Shown here: one piece after another, positions 1 through 8,874 of the stretch
Layout: every line of letters begins with the position of its first letter
Numbering within the stretch: position 1 is the stretch's first letter
NCBI GenBank assembly: GCA_965140935.1
Contig: CBCSLL010001102.1
Location: 25,393 to 44,266, forward strand
Direction: 5' to 3'
Length of the DNA stretch: 18,874 nt
DNA from: Rotaria magnacalcarata
Lineage: Eukaryota
Notes under the pieces: generated by a model
Database searches by the model: none
What the model was told of the DNA's origin: nothing
Seen by the model: only the letters and a program-made list of their open reading frames with translations
Position numbers and translations under genes: made by a program

Positions 1-118
1 CAGGTTACCATAAAAAATCTCAGGGCAGGGTGTACACAAATGTCTACAGGGCAGGGCAGGATCAGGTTGCAAAATTTTTACAGGGCAGGTTACAGGTTAC
101 AAAAATGTTGCACCCTGC
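1..118. repeat. Cluster of short G-rich repeats: CAGGGCAGG three times and CAGGTTAC three times, ending in a partially inverted copy (caccctgcag); truncated by the window edge
   Basis: Direct reading of repeated 8-9-mers in the first 118 nt. GC content is above the local background. Confidence 0.5.
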
Positions 119-227
119 AGTGCTCTAGATGATTGATTAACTAGTCCTTCTAATCTTTTCACAAACGTATACTATATAATAGCTGTACTCATGTATTGGT
201 AAATAGTGTTCATACGTATATAGCGGT

Positions 228-248
228 GTATATATATATATATACATA
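228..248. repeat. (TA)n microsatellite
   Basis: gtatatatatatatatatac read directly. Confidence 0.8.
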
Positions 249-1339
249 TGCACTCATATTAGAAATTTTGCGTATTGTGTGAAGGATCGAAATTAAAATA
301 AAAAATCTCTCTCACTCTAAATTCAGCCATTCGTTATCTGTCAATTAACTCTGATGATGAGAAATGGATTCAGTTTCTACAATAACTGTAATCGACCATT
401 TAATAAACGTCATTATTAGTCATATTTCATTTAGCGACACAACTAGCTAAAGCAGCAATTATGCTTGTTTCGATTCATTAGGAAAAGTTACTTGATCTGG
501 TTGAGATGTGATTTGCTTTAGAAAAAACTAAAATTATCGTCAGATTCAATGATGTCGCTGAAGTACTCTGAAAGAAAGTAACAATCAACTGAAATGGCTT
601 TTCCTCTCGTTGCTTGTTTTTCTACAGAATTTTATTCAAAATAATATTGCGAGAAAGAACATCATTAATTTAAAAGGGCTTTTCTTTTTAAATTTTCAAA
701 CATTAGTTCGCATGGCTTAACATCGTCGAATTGATATTTATTAGCATTGTGATTGCATTTATCTTATTTGCTTTTGGTGCAGTGATATTTGTTGCAAGTC
801 AAAGAAGTGTTGACAACGCTTACATTATGGCTCCGACAATAATTATTGTCATAGAAGCCATATTACTGTTTTCTTATTTCGCTGTAAAAGCAAGTCTTAT
901 TTCTGTTTCAATTTTTTAATATAATTACTTTAATTCATTTTCAGACGTTTATCGTCAAATATAGTTTCAAATTGGCACGAATCATTAAAGCTAATAAACA
1001 GTTCATCACTCAAAAAGTCTAATTCTTCTTCTTTACTAAACTGTCATATGTTTCATTTGATCTACGTAGTATTCAATTTTATTCTGTAATATTAGCTAGA
1101 ATACTTTTTTCTCTCAGTAAATTGAAATAAATGTAGTATTATAATAATGAAATTATATGTCACGAAAAGAGGAGTATACTCTCGGTGAAAGAAATATTAA
1201 AACCATCGATCAAATCTAACGGCATTAATGAATTAGACTTATCTTCTTATGATAAAAAAATGCTTTATATCTGTTGAGAGTACTTGCCGTACATTCGATT
1301 GCAATTTCAGCAAGAAACATTCTGAACACGATGTACGAA

Positions 1340-1705
1340 TGCTAACTTAGAGATCTGCGTGACCAAAGGAAAAGGAAATTCTTCGATAATAGTTTCCACG
1401 GTGGATGTGAAAAAATAATTCTGTTTCGTGTTTTCTACTCGGAATTTTAAGCTCTTCAAAGTGACACTAAATAGTCGAGGATACAATCGTCTATGATGGA
1501 GAAAACTGCGGCGCATTCGTCACGACCGGTCGCGACAAATGTGCACCAGTTTTCTTCATCATAGATGTGTCATTTTGAAGAACTTAACATTGTGAGTAGA
1601 AAACATCAAGCAGAATCATTTTTTCATATTCACCGTGGAAATTGTTATCGAAGAATTTCCTTTTTCTTTGGTCACGACGAAATGGTTACGTAGATTTCTA
1701 ATGCT
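1340..1705. repeat. Long imperfect palindrome (hairpin-forming inverted repeat, foldback-like), centred on gaccggtc at about 1523-1530
   Basis: Left arm 1358-1470 (cgtgaccaaaggaaaaggaaattcttcgataat...ctgtttcgtgttttctactcggaattttaagctcttcaaagtgacac) is the reverse complement of the right arm 1560-1679. The central segment cgtcacgaccggtcgcgac is itself palindromic. Flanks (tgctaac, agatctctaa/agatttctaa) partly extend the symmetry. Confidence 0.75.
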
Positions 1706-2393
1706 AACACAACAGAAGTGAGATGTCAGTTGAATTATTTTACGAAATGCTTAAACATATGATCATGTACAGCGAATAGATGATTTTTTTTACTAAAATC
1801 TAAGAAAAATGAAGTGATGACATCTATTAAACATCGTTGTATCATGATGTTTTATTCGTTTTCGAACAATTACAAACTTCATAAATACAATGAGTTTAGT
1901 TTTAGGCTCCGTCGACGCTCACCATCATACCAACATCCATACTCTAAAAATGATTACGTTAGCAAGAATTCAGTGAAAGAAAATATTGTTATCGACGACC
2001 AATATTTTTGTTTATATTACTGTAAAATATAACGGAAATCTGATGATTTTAGTATTCTATTCCTCATCTATATGAGATCACAAAATTTTTTATGTCAAAC
2101 AAAAATCATTTGCAACGCACAGCAGCATGCAAGTGGATCATTGAAAATTGAATTCATCATTAGAATTTAACTAAAGGTAAATTCTAACGCAATGCCAACG
2201 CCTTATGAGGATTAAACAATATTTTATACAACATGGAAATTATTTGTTTTTGAATTTGGCGGCATGGATCACCTGTCGTGGTGTCAGTTACTCTTAAGTA
2301 GATGTGTAATCGCAAGATCGTTTATGGAATGAGCTTCTAGTAAAAACTTTGCCAAATCAAAACACGATCTGCATCTTTTATTGAGCACAATAT

Positions 2394-3241
2394 GTAGGGT
2401 AAGTTACCCTAACAACAACACTAAAAAAATGACACGACTTGATTGATTCGGTGTACATATATTTTATATCCGACTGAAATTATTCTTACATGTGCATAAT
2501 CCTTGGAGTGTCCTCTTTCGAATGGTGAAACAACCACCCTTAACTGAGCTGTAGTGACTGAGAAAGCAGCGGTCTAAGAAAAGAACCTGTATCTGCTGTT
2601 GTTAGGATTCATTTTCCTAGTAGCAACGCTTAGCTATTTTTTGAGTATAATAACGGCGCATCATTATGAAAATAATGTCAGAGAATTTATTCATAAATAG
2701 CATATCTATTTATAATCGTTGTATAGGAACGATAACAAACTCAACTAGTTGAGTGTTGTTATTGGGGTGAAAAAATAGTTGGTTGTTGTTATTAGGGACA
2801 AAATTTCTTTTTCGATTTTAGACCTTCTTGTTTAAGAAAATTTATTTCACTCAAACTAACAACGAGTTTTCATGAATCTTTGGTCAATAAGAGAGATCGA
2901 CACGCTCTACAAAATTGCTACAGACATCTCTCGTGTATCTCTTATAAGAAATGTGAAAAAAACGTTTTTTTTTCTTGAAAAAGATAAATTTCCTTGAACT
3001 TTTTTAGTGTTGCTATTAGGGAAATGAACCATAACAACAGCAGATGCAAGTTTTTTTCGTAGACCGCTGATTTCTCAGTCACTACAGCTCAGTTAAGGAT
3101 GGTTGTTTCACCATTCGAAAGAGGACACTCCAAGGATTATGCACATGTAAGAATAATTTCAATCGGATGTAAAATAGATGTACACCGAATCAATCAAGTC
3201 GTGTCATTTTTTTAGTGTTGTTATAGGGTAACTTACTCTAC
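2394..3241. mobile_element. Foldback / MITE-like non-autonomous element: about 235-bp inverted arms (2394-2632 and 3007-3241, roughly 95% identical) around a 374-bp core carrying degenerate subrepeats of the arm-terminal motif (gttgttattaggg / ttataggg)
   Basis: The reverse complement of 3007-3241 aligns base by base with 2394-2632: gtagggtaagttaccctaacaacaacactaaaaaaatgacacgacttgattgattcggtgtacat...agcggtct...ctgctgttgttaggattcatttt. There is no ORF inside and no obvious target-site duplication. Confidence 0.6.
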
Positions 3242-3976
3242 CGGTTACTACACTGTAAAAAAAGTCATCATCCTATCGACTATACATACATGTAGCTTTC
3301 ACACATTAAACATAGCGCGTGTGCATTTCTTGAAACAAACTGAGCTATACATACGTATATCCACACTTCTAGGGTTAATTTTTTTCTAAAAAAAGTTAGT
3401 CATAATCAGTAAGCGTGAATGCGTGTTTATTCAATTAACCTCAGCTTGAAGTCTATTTTTTTTTCATCGAAGAATACAAAATATTCAAGAGTTTCTTGAT
3501 TAAAATAAGATAAGTATTAGATGATAGTCATTCGGAAATAATTGAAGCCGGTTAGAATCAGTTCTCAGAGATTAGTACGATCAATACCGACGAGTAAATG
3601 TTGAATGAACGGATGCCATGATGAATCTCTCAATTCTAATTGTCTACAATAGATACCATTACGTTGGCACGCCTGCTGATAGAATTCGATTGCCTGTTTT
3701 ATTTTTCCATTCATGTTAGCCGGTAAACAGTTGCAAAGATTGATCTTAATGATAGAAGAGAAAGTTGAATGAAGAATGAAAATACCGAAAAAAGAAATCG
3801 AATCACTTTGATTTGTTCAATACTAGTTAACATTTCAAACATATTCTGTTGTAATGATTGTGTTTTAAGAAAGAGCCACAGAAGAATGACACCAGTACCA
3901 ATCAAACGAAGAAGTTCGTTGCGCACATTCAAAGCTAATAAAATAAAATTCGTTTTTCTATACATCAATATGAAAA

Positions 3977-6926
3977 TCATCGAATATTACCGAGTGAATT
4001 AAAACCTTGTTCACGCAAATAATGTTCAAGACGATTAAAAATTTCACAATCGATATGAAGTACATCAGCTAACTGTTTATTCAATATAAATGAACCATCC
4101 TGTATTTGAATTCAATAAAAAACAAAAAATAAGTGCCGTAAATGATAATTTATACTACCTCATATTGAAGTTGCATAATCGCTTCAATCATAGTTTTTGT
4201 AGATTGAACATCTTTGAGCTTACCAAGAAGTGTATCATCGATTGTTTTACCTAAATTCATGAATTATCATAGTTTCTTTTGAGAATACTAACAAGACATC
4301 GACGAACCTAACGTAGTAGCAAGTTCACCCGAAAAATTATGTATTACAGTTTCGGTTTGGCCGTCAAGCTAACAAAATGAACAACAACAGAACAATCGAA
4401 TTACAACAAAATGATACGCTACGCACTGTGTACAATGGATCCTCAGGCTTGCGATCATAAACTGCAAAATAGAAAGAATTAAATATCATTTTTTTTTTGA
4501 AACACTGACCAGATTTAGCTTGGAAGTCTGCATCGCTTTGGACATAAGCAATATGTCGTTCAATGTCATCTACTGACGATCCTAGAAAAGTTTAAAATAT
4601 ATTTAAAGATCAAATGAAAACAAATCGAGTAATTAACGTACTTGCGACATCACCAGGGTTGATACTAATGGATGCTTTGGCACCTGAACGTGCTTCTTCG
4701 GCATCAACTCGAATTATACCATTCGCATCGATCTCCATTCTAATAGCTATTTCGAGCGTCTGAGCAGCAAAGTTACGTGTTAGGCCGCTCAGACACAGTT
4801 CTCCCAACAGTAGCTAAAATAGAAAAAAAACACTATAGAATGAAGTTTATCCATTTAGTTCACGACATACATTGTATTTTGTCAGATTATGTTCGCCTTC
4901 AAATACGCGAATAGAAGCTGTCGTTTGATAGGCATAAGCATTGGTGAATATTGAATAAAATTGAGTTCGCGTTGGAATCGTTGTATTACGACGAATAAGT
5001 ATGTGCATGCGACCGTGAGTATCTTCTACACCCAAGCCCAGTGCACAGACATCGAGGAGTAATAGGTCGTGGATGGATGCTTGTGATGTCACCTCAGCTT
5101 TGGTTGCCCTGTGAGAGATCAGCTTTTATTTTTATTATCATTTAAAATAATTTCACAAATAACGATTAACGATTAACATTTAACCGTTGCGCATATCTGT
5201 GAAATCTTACAGTACTTACGTTCTTCGTTGTTTTTTCTTTTTACGTGACATCATATGTAAGTCTGTACTTTCTGATTCGGCGTTTTGCATATCACTCTCA
5301 TCAAAGCCTCTCTAGAAGCGAGTGAAAGTTTTGCAAAAATATTGCATACTCAGTTACATACTTCAGCCACTTTGAACGCTTGCTTCATTGACGTATTCAT
5401 TCTTTTGCATGAGGTATCAGATAAGGTACTCATGGGAGCTTTCGGTTGTAGTACCTGAGCTGCCTGCATGTAGTAGCCACTACTACTACTACTATCACAA
5501 ACTGCTACAGATGCTTGCTTTGATGACGATGATGAAAATGAAGGAGAAAAAAGGTTTTTAAAATAATCTAGGCCAGATGACGATATTGGTGAGATACCTA
5601 GAATATATAAATTTATGCAACTATCAATCGATCCACAAGAATAATATGTTGAACTATGATAAATTATATTACTACCATAGATAAAGTAATGAAATATCGT
5701 GATCTTTTAGATTTGCGTTATTATATTTATCATATGTCTACTGAATGAAGATAAAGCTAAGATGATTGCATATCACTTGGAGACAGTGTTTCTTTAGAAA
5801 ATATTGTCTACCTGGCTTTGGTATGGAGCGAAGATGATTGCATAAACTACAGTCTACTATTATAAAAAATAGATTTAGAATTTTTTTAACTATAATTTTT
5901 CGTGATTATTTTTTGAATTTGTCTTAGGAAACTACATTATTTACAAAGGTATTACACATCTATTCAGAAACGACAGGTCTAATAGTAAACTACTGCAAAC
6001 TATCCACCGCATATTCATTATACATATAGCTTGCATTTATGAAATACAACATTATTTACATTTTGTATTCCGAGCTGTGCTTTGTATTTCAATAGGACAA
6101 CCAATAAGAGCAATCCTACGAAAAGCTAACTATATACTACGAAATATACCATAGACTTCTAATGGACGCAACCGATTCAAATATATTATGGCTACAATGA
6201 AACTTCAGGAGTAACATAAATCGAGGAAATGATACTGATTGCGAAAGAGAAGTAGTAGAAGTAGCGGCTTTTGCCATTTCTAGATATCGTAAGTTCATCG
6301 ATGATAGAAAATGGCAATGCCGAGTACAGAAATTAGTATTATTCTATTTGTGACTCACCAGCTGCTGATTGAGAATTCATTTGTGATGCCATATTCAGAA
6401 AAGTTGCGTTGTTATTATTGGTGTTGTTTATTATTTGATCTGCTGCATCCTTCCTTAGATTTGATGCATTAGCATTCATAAACATATTCTGAAGCTGTTC
6501 ACTAGTACCAGGGGCTGCCATATCAGAATAGGGCTTTGATGTATCCATTGAGGATGTCGGCGAAGAGAAAAGGTTTGATATTAAACCTCTATCTCTCAAT
6601 ATAGATCTCTTTTCTGCAAATTGTTGTCGGTATACCAGTAGCTGTTGCCGCTGCTGCTGCGGTGGTAGCGGTGGTGGTGACATTCTCATTGACAGTGGCA
6701 TTGGCGGTGGTGGCGGTGGTGGTAGTAGTGGTGACATTGACGTTGGCATTGGCGGTGCCGCTGATACTGACATTCTCATTGACATTGGTATTAGTGGTGC
6801 TGGCGGTGGTGATGACATTCTCATTGACAGTGCCATTGGCGGTGGTGGCGGTGGTGGTAGTAGTGGTGACATTGACAGTGCCATTGGCGGTGCCGCTGAT
6901 GATGACATTTTCATTGACATTGGCAT
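3977..6926 (-). CDS. Gene 2 (10 exons, 562 aa): N-terminal Pro/Met/Ser-rich tandem-repeat and Q/N/S-rich low-complexity region joined to an Hsp70-type substrate-binding domain (SBD-beta plus helical lid). No Hsp70 nucleotide-binding domain is present. Exons on the minus strand: 6359-6926, 5362-5597, 5220-5311, 4871-5108, 4642-4813, 4510-4581, 4427-4461, 4308-4368, 4159-4250, 3977-4099 (stop included)
   Basis: All junctions are canonical GT-AG with consistent phases, and the total of 1689 nt is 3 x 563. Translation of 4871-5108: ...TATKAEVTSQASIHDLLLLDVCALGLGVEDTHGRMHILIRRNTTIPTRTQFYSIFTNAYAYQTTASIRVFEGEHNLTKYN. Translation of 4642-4813: LLLGELCLSGLTRNFAAQTLEIAIRMEIDANGIIRVDAEEARSGAKASISINPGDVA. 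Translation of 4510-4581: RSSVDDIERHIAYVQSDADFQAKS. These align with the Hsp70 SBD (HSPA8-like DLLLLDV...KRNTTIPTK...VYEGER...LLG.FEL.GIPPAPRG.PQIEVTFDIDANGIL.V.A.DK.TG....ITI.NDKGRLSKE.IERMV). Introns are 38-63 nt, except the 761-nt first intron. The 3' lid exons are less certain. Confidence 0.7.
4642..4813 (-). CDS. Gene 2 exon 5: remainder of Hsp70 SBD-beta (LEIAIRMEIDANGIIRVDAEE...ISINPGDVA)
   Basis: ORF 4610..4807. Acceptor ttttag|CTACTG at 4813, donor GCAA|GTACGT at 4642. Confidence 0.75.
4871..5108 (-). CDS. Gene 2 exon 4: start of Hsp70 SBD-beta (DLLLLDV...RRNTTIPT...VFEGE)
   Basis: ORF 4847..5092 extended upstream to the acceptor ctctcacag|G at 5108. Donor AAT|GTATGT at 4871. Confidence 0.75.
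6359..6926 (-). CDS. Gene 2 exon 1: ATG at 6926; Pro/Met/Ser-rich repeats, then a Q-rich and N/S-rich low-complexity tail, ending at a G|GTGAGT donor
   Basis: ORF track 6339..6926 (MPMSMKMSSSAAPPMALSMSPLLPPPPPPPMALSMRMS...QQQRQQ...NNTNNNNATF...SQSAAG). The donor GTGAGT at 6358 splices in phase to 5597. No in-frame stop lies between the upstream acceptor-like ttaatag at about 6990 and the ATG. Confidence 0.6.
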
Positions 6927-6948
6927 TGGTGGTGCTGGCGGTGGTGGC
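6679..6948. repeat. Coding tandem duplication: 2 x 135 bp (each made of two ~67-bp subunits), encoding 45-aa repeats MSMRMSSPPPAPLIPMSMRMSVSAAPPMPTSMSPLLPPPPPPP on the minus strand
   Basis: gacattctcattgacagtg[g/c]cattggcggtggtggcggtggtggtagtagtggtgacattgac... recurs at 6679 and 6814. All three minus-strand frames and one plus-strand frame are open only because of the repeat (ORFs 6589..6966 and 6662..7006 are artefacts of it). Confidence 0.85.
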
Positions 6949-7080
6949 GGCTGAGATGCTTGCCAAGATTCACTTGATGATGGAAGTAGTGGAACTATTA
7001 ATATGAATCAAGGTGAATGTTTTTATATCTCGAATAGAAATAATGGGCTGTAGTAAAATCTGGGCTCGCAGCAGCCTTTC

Positions 7081-7161
7081 AAAAATATATAGGAATATAT
7101 GGGAATTGTTAGACCTCAAATATATAGGATCGTCCTCGGACATATAGGAAATATATGGGAC
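7081..7161. repeat. Cluster of three ATATAGGAA(A)TATATGGGA-type motifs in direct orientation, about 55-bp spacing
   Basis: aaaaatatataggaatatatgggaattg ... aaatatataggatcg ... catataggaaatatatgggacgc. Confidence 0.6.
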
Positions 7162-8221
7162 GCTAATATTTCGTTTAAAAATAACTAAGCATGTAAAAAT
7201 CACTACTACAGAATGGTAGGTGATGTTCTTATAACGTACCTCGACTCACCCAAATAAAAATACAGCTTTGTTATGAAAAACAGTAGTATGGCAGTATTTT
7301 ATACAAAGAAGAAATAATTTATGTTCGGTTAACCTTCGACTATTTCACAGCTACATGCAAGGAGAAAACAGGTGAAATCGGATTCTTTTTGTTGATTTTC
7401 CTTTTGATTTTTCTAATTTTAAACCAACTGATTTTAAGCGAAGAAACTCAGAAAAAATTTTTAAAATTGAAAAAATCGGAAAAATCCAAAGAAGCAAAAA
7501 GCAGCCCCATTTCAACTGTTTCACTCTCGATTAACATTTTCAAGCACAAAGATTAAAAATTTTAGCATTCTCATTGATTTGTCTGATGTTTTTCATTTTC
7601 ATTTTTGATTTAAATCAAAAAGTCAGTTTTTCCTCCCTTGCCGACATATCATAAAAATATTATAAAATTGATTGAGATAAAGATCACAAAAATACTTTCT
7701 TTTAATGTAAAGCAACAATCGATATCTTTTGTCAAGACTATTATAATTTCTAACAGTCTCAGAGCTATATAATCGAAATGGATACATATTTAAAGCACAG
7801 CAAAATAATCGGTTTAGTAAAAGATAATCGATGCATTGGTAAAAGTTTTCTTCGTTTCTGATGCTACTTGAAAATAAACATCACCGTTTCTAGTACTGTC
7901 AAACATAGTAGAATCACTTTCTAGCTGTATCTTTCTTTTGTCTTAATATCACTTTTTTTGAAACAAAATTCATCACAAATATTTAGATTAGCATGCACTC
8001 TTTCACTGTTTATTGCAATAAATACTGACGAAACACATGCAAATCTATACATTGGTGTTGAATTTTTTCTTTTTTAAGTGATATTAAGATAGAAAAATTT
8101 AAAGAAAATATTGGCCTTAGTGCTTTATATTATGATATGAACGCCGCTGATAATATTTAAACAACATGCTAGGCACTTATTTGAAGGAAATATGGTTCTT
8201 TCCACAATAATCTTTAATTTT

Positions 8222-8304
8222 TTGAAAAATATAGGAATATAGGAAAAAAGCTCAAAATATAGTCTATTATAGGACTAACTTGAAAAATATAGGAAATATA
8301 GGAG
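8222..8304. repeat. Second cluster of the same motif (TTGAAAAATATAGGAA(A)TATAGGA twice, plus a degenerate copy), same orientation, 1.14 kb from the first cluster
   Basis: ttgaaaaatataggaatataggaaaaaag ... aatatagtctattataggac ... cttgaaaaatataggaaatataggaggac. Confidence 0.6.
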
Positions 8305-8874
8305 GACTGCGATGCCAGAGTAAAATGTATTCGGATAAATTAAGAACGATTTGGTAGCGTAGCTCCTTTATGACTACCATTTGAAACTCACATATATTAT
8401 TTTGCTTCCCTAAGCGAATGCAAACTATATATAAAGTAAAAACTCTTTCGTAGTGTTTCACAAAAGATCTGCATACATCTAGAGCATCTACTTCCCGCTA
8501 GAAATGAAGACAGAATGCTATAGGCTTAACTTCAAATATCACCTGTAGTTGTTGTACTGGTATGGCTCATATGATAAAGCGGTGTTGACATAGCAGATTT
8601 TGATGAGCTTTGACATCGTTCCAATGGTTCTGAAATGCGATAAAAATTAGACATTAGCATGTCAGAAGCACCCCTACGTGGTTGTAGAGGCATCGTGGAT
8701 GGTGCAGCAAATGACTCTGTAAAGAGATTAAAGAATATAGAGAAATAAGCTGGAAGCTAAGAATAATCTCACGTAAACTTCGCCCTGTCCTCTTTTCGTT
8801 CATTTCTTTTTGAGGAATTTCCTTTAAATTTTGCTTCAATTCTGATTTCGAAAGTAAATAAAATAAAATAGATT

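Noticed and set aside
731-919. 62-aa hydrophobic ORF (two predicted TM-like helices) on the plus strand
   Set aside because: Ile/Phe/Leu-rich ORFs arise by chance in AT-rich DNA. There is no splice context, start context or similarity, and no support beyond its length.
1307-1516. 69-aa minus-strand ORF
   Set aside because: It lies entirely inside the 340-bp palindrome. It is an artefact of the inverted repeat, not a gene.
1814-2032. 72-aa plus-strand ORF
   Set aside because: Low-complexity and basic, no recognisable features. Most likely random.
3711-4002. Overlapping ORFs 3711..3980 (-) and 3769..4002 (+)
   Set aside because: Both are out of frame with the gene-2 stop codon at 3977-3979 and lie in its 3' flank. 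They are mutually overlapping on opposite strands, which is typical of noise.
5600-6340. Search for Hsp70 nucleotide-binding-domain exons upstream of the SBD exons
   Set aside because: There is no open frame on the minus strand of useful length. The region is AT-rich with stops in all frames and is spanned by a phase-consistent 761-nt intron joining 6359 to 5597. The same holds for 7007-8260.
6589-7006. ORFs 6589..6966 (-; TTTTTTATTANGTVN...) and 6662..7006 (+; hydrophobic VVVVTLTLALAV...)
   Set aside because: These are alternative frames of the 135-bp tandem repeat. Only the Pro/Met-rich frame continues into a spliceable exon with a proper donor.
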